A stretch of 63,190 nucleotides of DNA, filler included, from Octopus bimaculoides (taxonomy: Eukaryota): assembly GCF_001194135.2 (NCBI RefSeq). It is 5 parts of 3 records of this genome, joined end to end, with 100 filler letters (N's around TTAATTAATTAA, not from the genome) between each part and the next. Parts side by side here need not be neighbours in the genome. Positions count along the whole stretch, not along the records: positions 62,049 to 63,190 come from NC_068991.1; 4 more parts are not named here. One strand, given 5' to 3'. The translations under genes were made by a program, and so were the position numbers. The notes beneath the pieces are model-generated. The model saw only the letters and a list, made by a program, of their open reading frames with translations, was not told where the DNA came from and searched no databases. Shown in pieces: positions 62,477 to 63,190 of the stretch; the first letter of the stretch is position 1, and each line of letters begins with the position of its first letter.

Positions 62477-62527
62477 GTGTGTGTGTGTATGCATTCATAC
62501 ATACACACATACGCACGCGCACGCACG

Positions 62528-62561
<34 letters not shown>

Positions 62562-63190
62562 TAACCGCGACGGCCTTTTTCATGAAGCTTTATTGTGAAG
62601 GATTAAAAGGTGAAGAAATGTAGTGGCGCGAAGACGCTTTACTTCTAGGAAACACGATTATGTGCGGACAAGAGATATTGAGAGACAACGAAGATGATGA
62701 TGGTCGTGAGTGATGGCGGGGGCAAGTTATGCCTCTTAATGACCACCTATGAACTCCCTACCTCATGAATTTTCATATATATATACACGTTTTGAGTTTT
62801 GAGTACTATTTATGTGTGTGTGCGTGTGTGTGTATGTATATTTATACATATGCATATACACACACACGCATATATAACGCGCATATACATACTCACATAC
62901 ATACATACATACATACATGTATGTATATTATAAAACTGTGTGAGAGCTAGAGGTGGGTGAGAGAGAGAGAGAGAGAGAGAAAGAGGGAGAATAAGTATTA
63001 ATGCACGACACCATTTAGTTTAGATTTTTTCAAATACTCTACTAGTCATTAAATCAGTTTAAATGTGAAAGGCTTTATCGACCGCTATAAAATGTACATA
63101 TGCTTTGACACTTTAATATCGATATCCAGAATATAATGCACAGAAAATATGTATATCACACATGCACGCAAAAATGGTGGATGTTAAATA

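Overview
AT-rich, microsatellite-saturated eukaryotic DNA from a gapped draft assembly. The SINE and retroelement families look like those of a coleoid cephalopod, probably Octopus; this rests on recalled family sequences, not a search. Four artificial 100-bp spacers (44 N + TTAATTAATTAA + 44 N) split the window into five pieces whose adjacency is not established. The only well-supported host coding sequence is a spliced terminal exon for a KCTD-type BTB/POZ domain (57742-58047, +). The rest is mostly decayed mobile DNA: five Penelope-like element (PLE) remnants of two clades, five R4/Dong-like RLE-LINE fragments, two facing RTE fragments, three Tc1/mariner-superfamily fragments, MITEs and many tRNA-derived SINEs with Meta-, CORE- and V-like cores. 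Most long ORFs in the track are microsatellite or N-gap artefacts. The most interesting signal is a set of small non-coding elements with PLE-type minimal hammerhead ribozyme cores. One is fused to a tRNA-like Pol III head with an inverted head duplication (8016-8297), and one lies inside a fold-back element (20278-20421). No rRNA, bona fide tRNA gene or CRISPR array was found.
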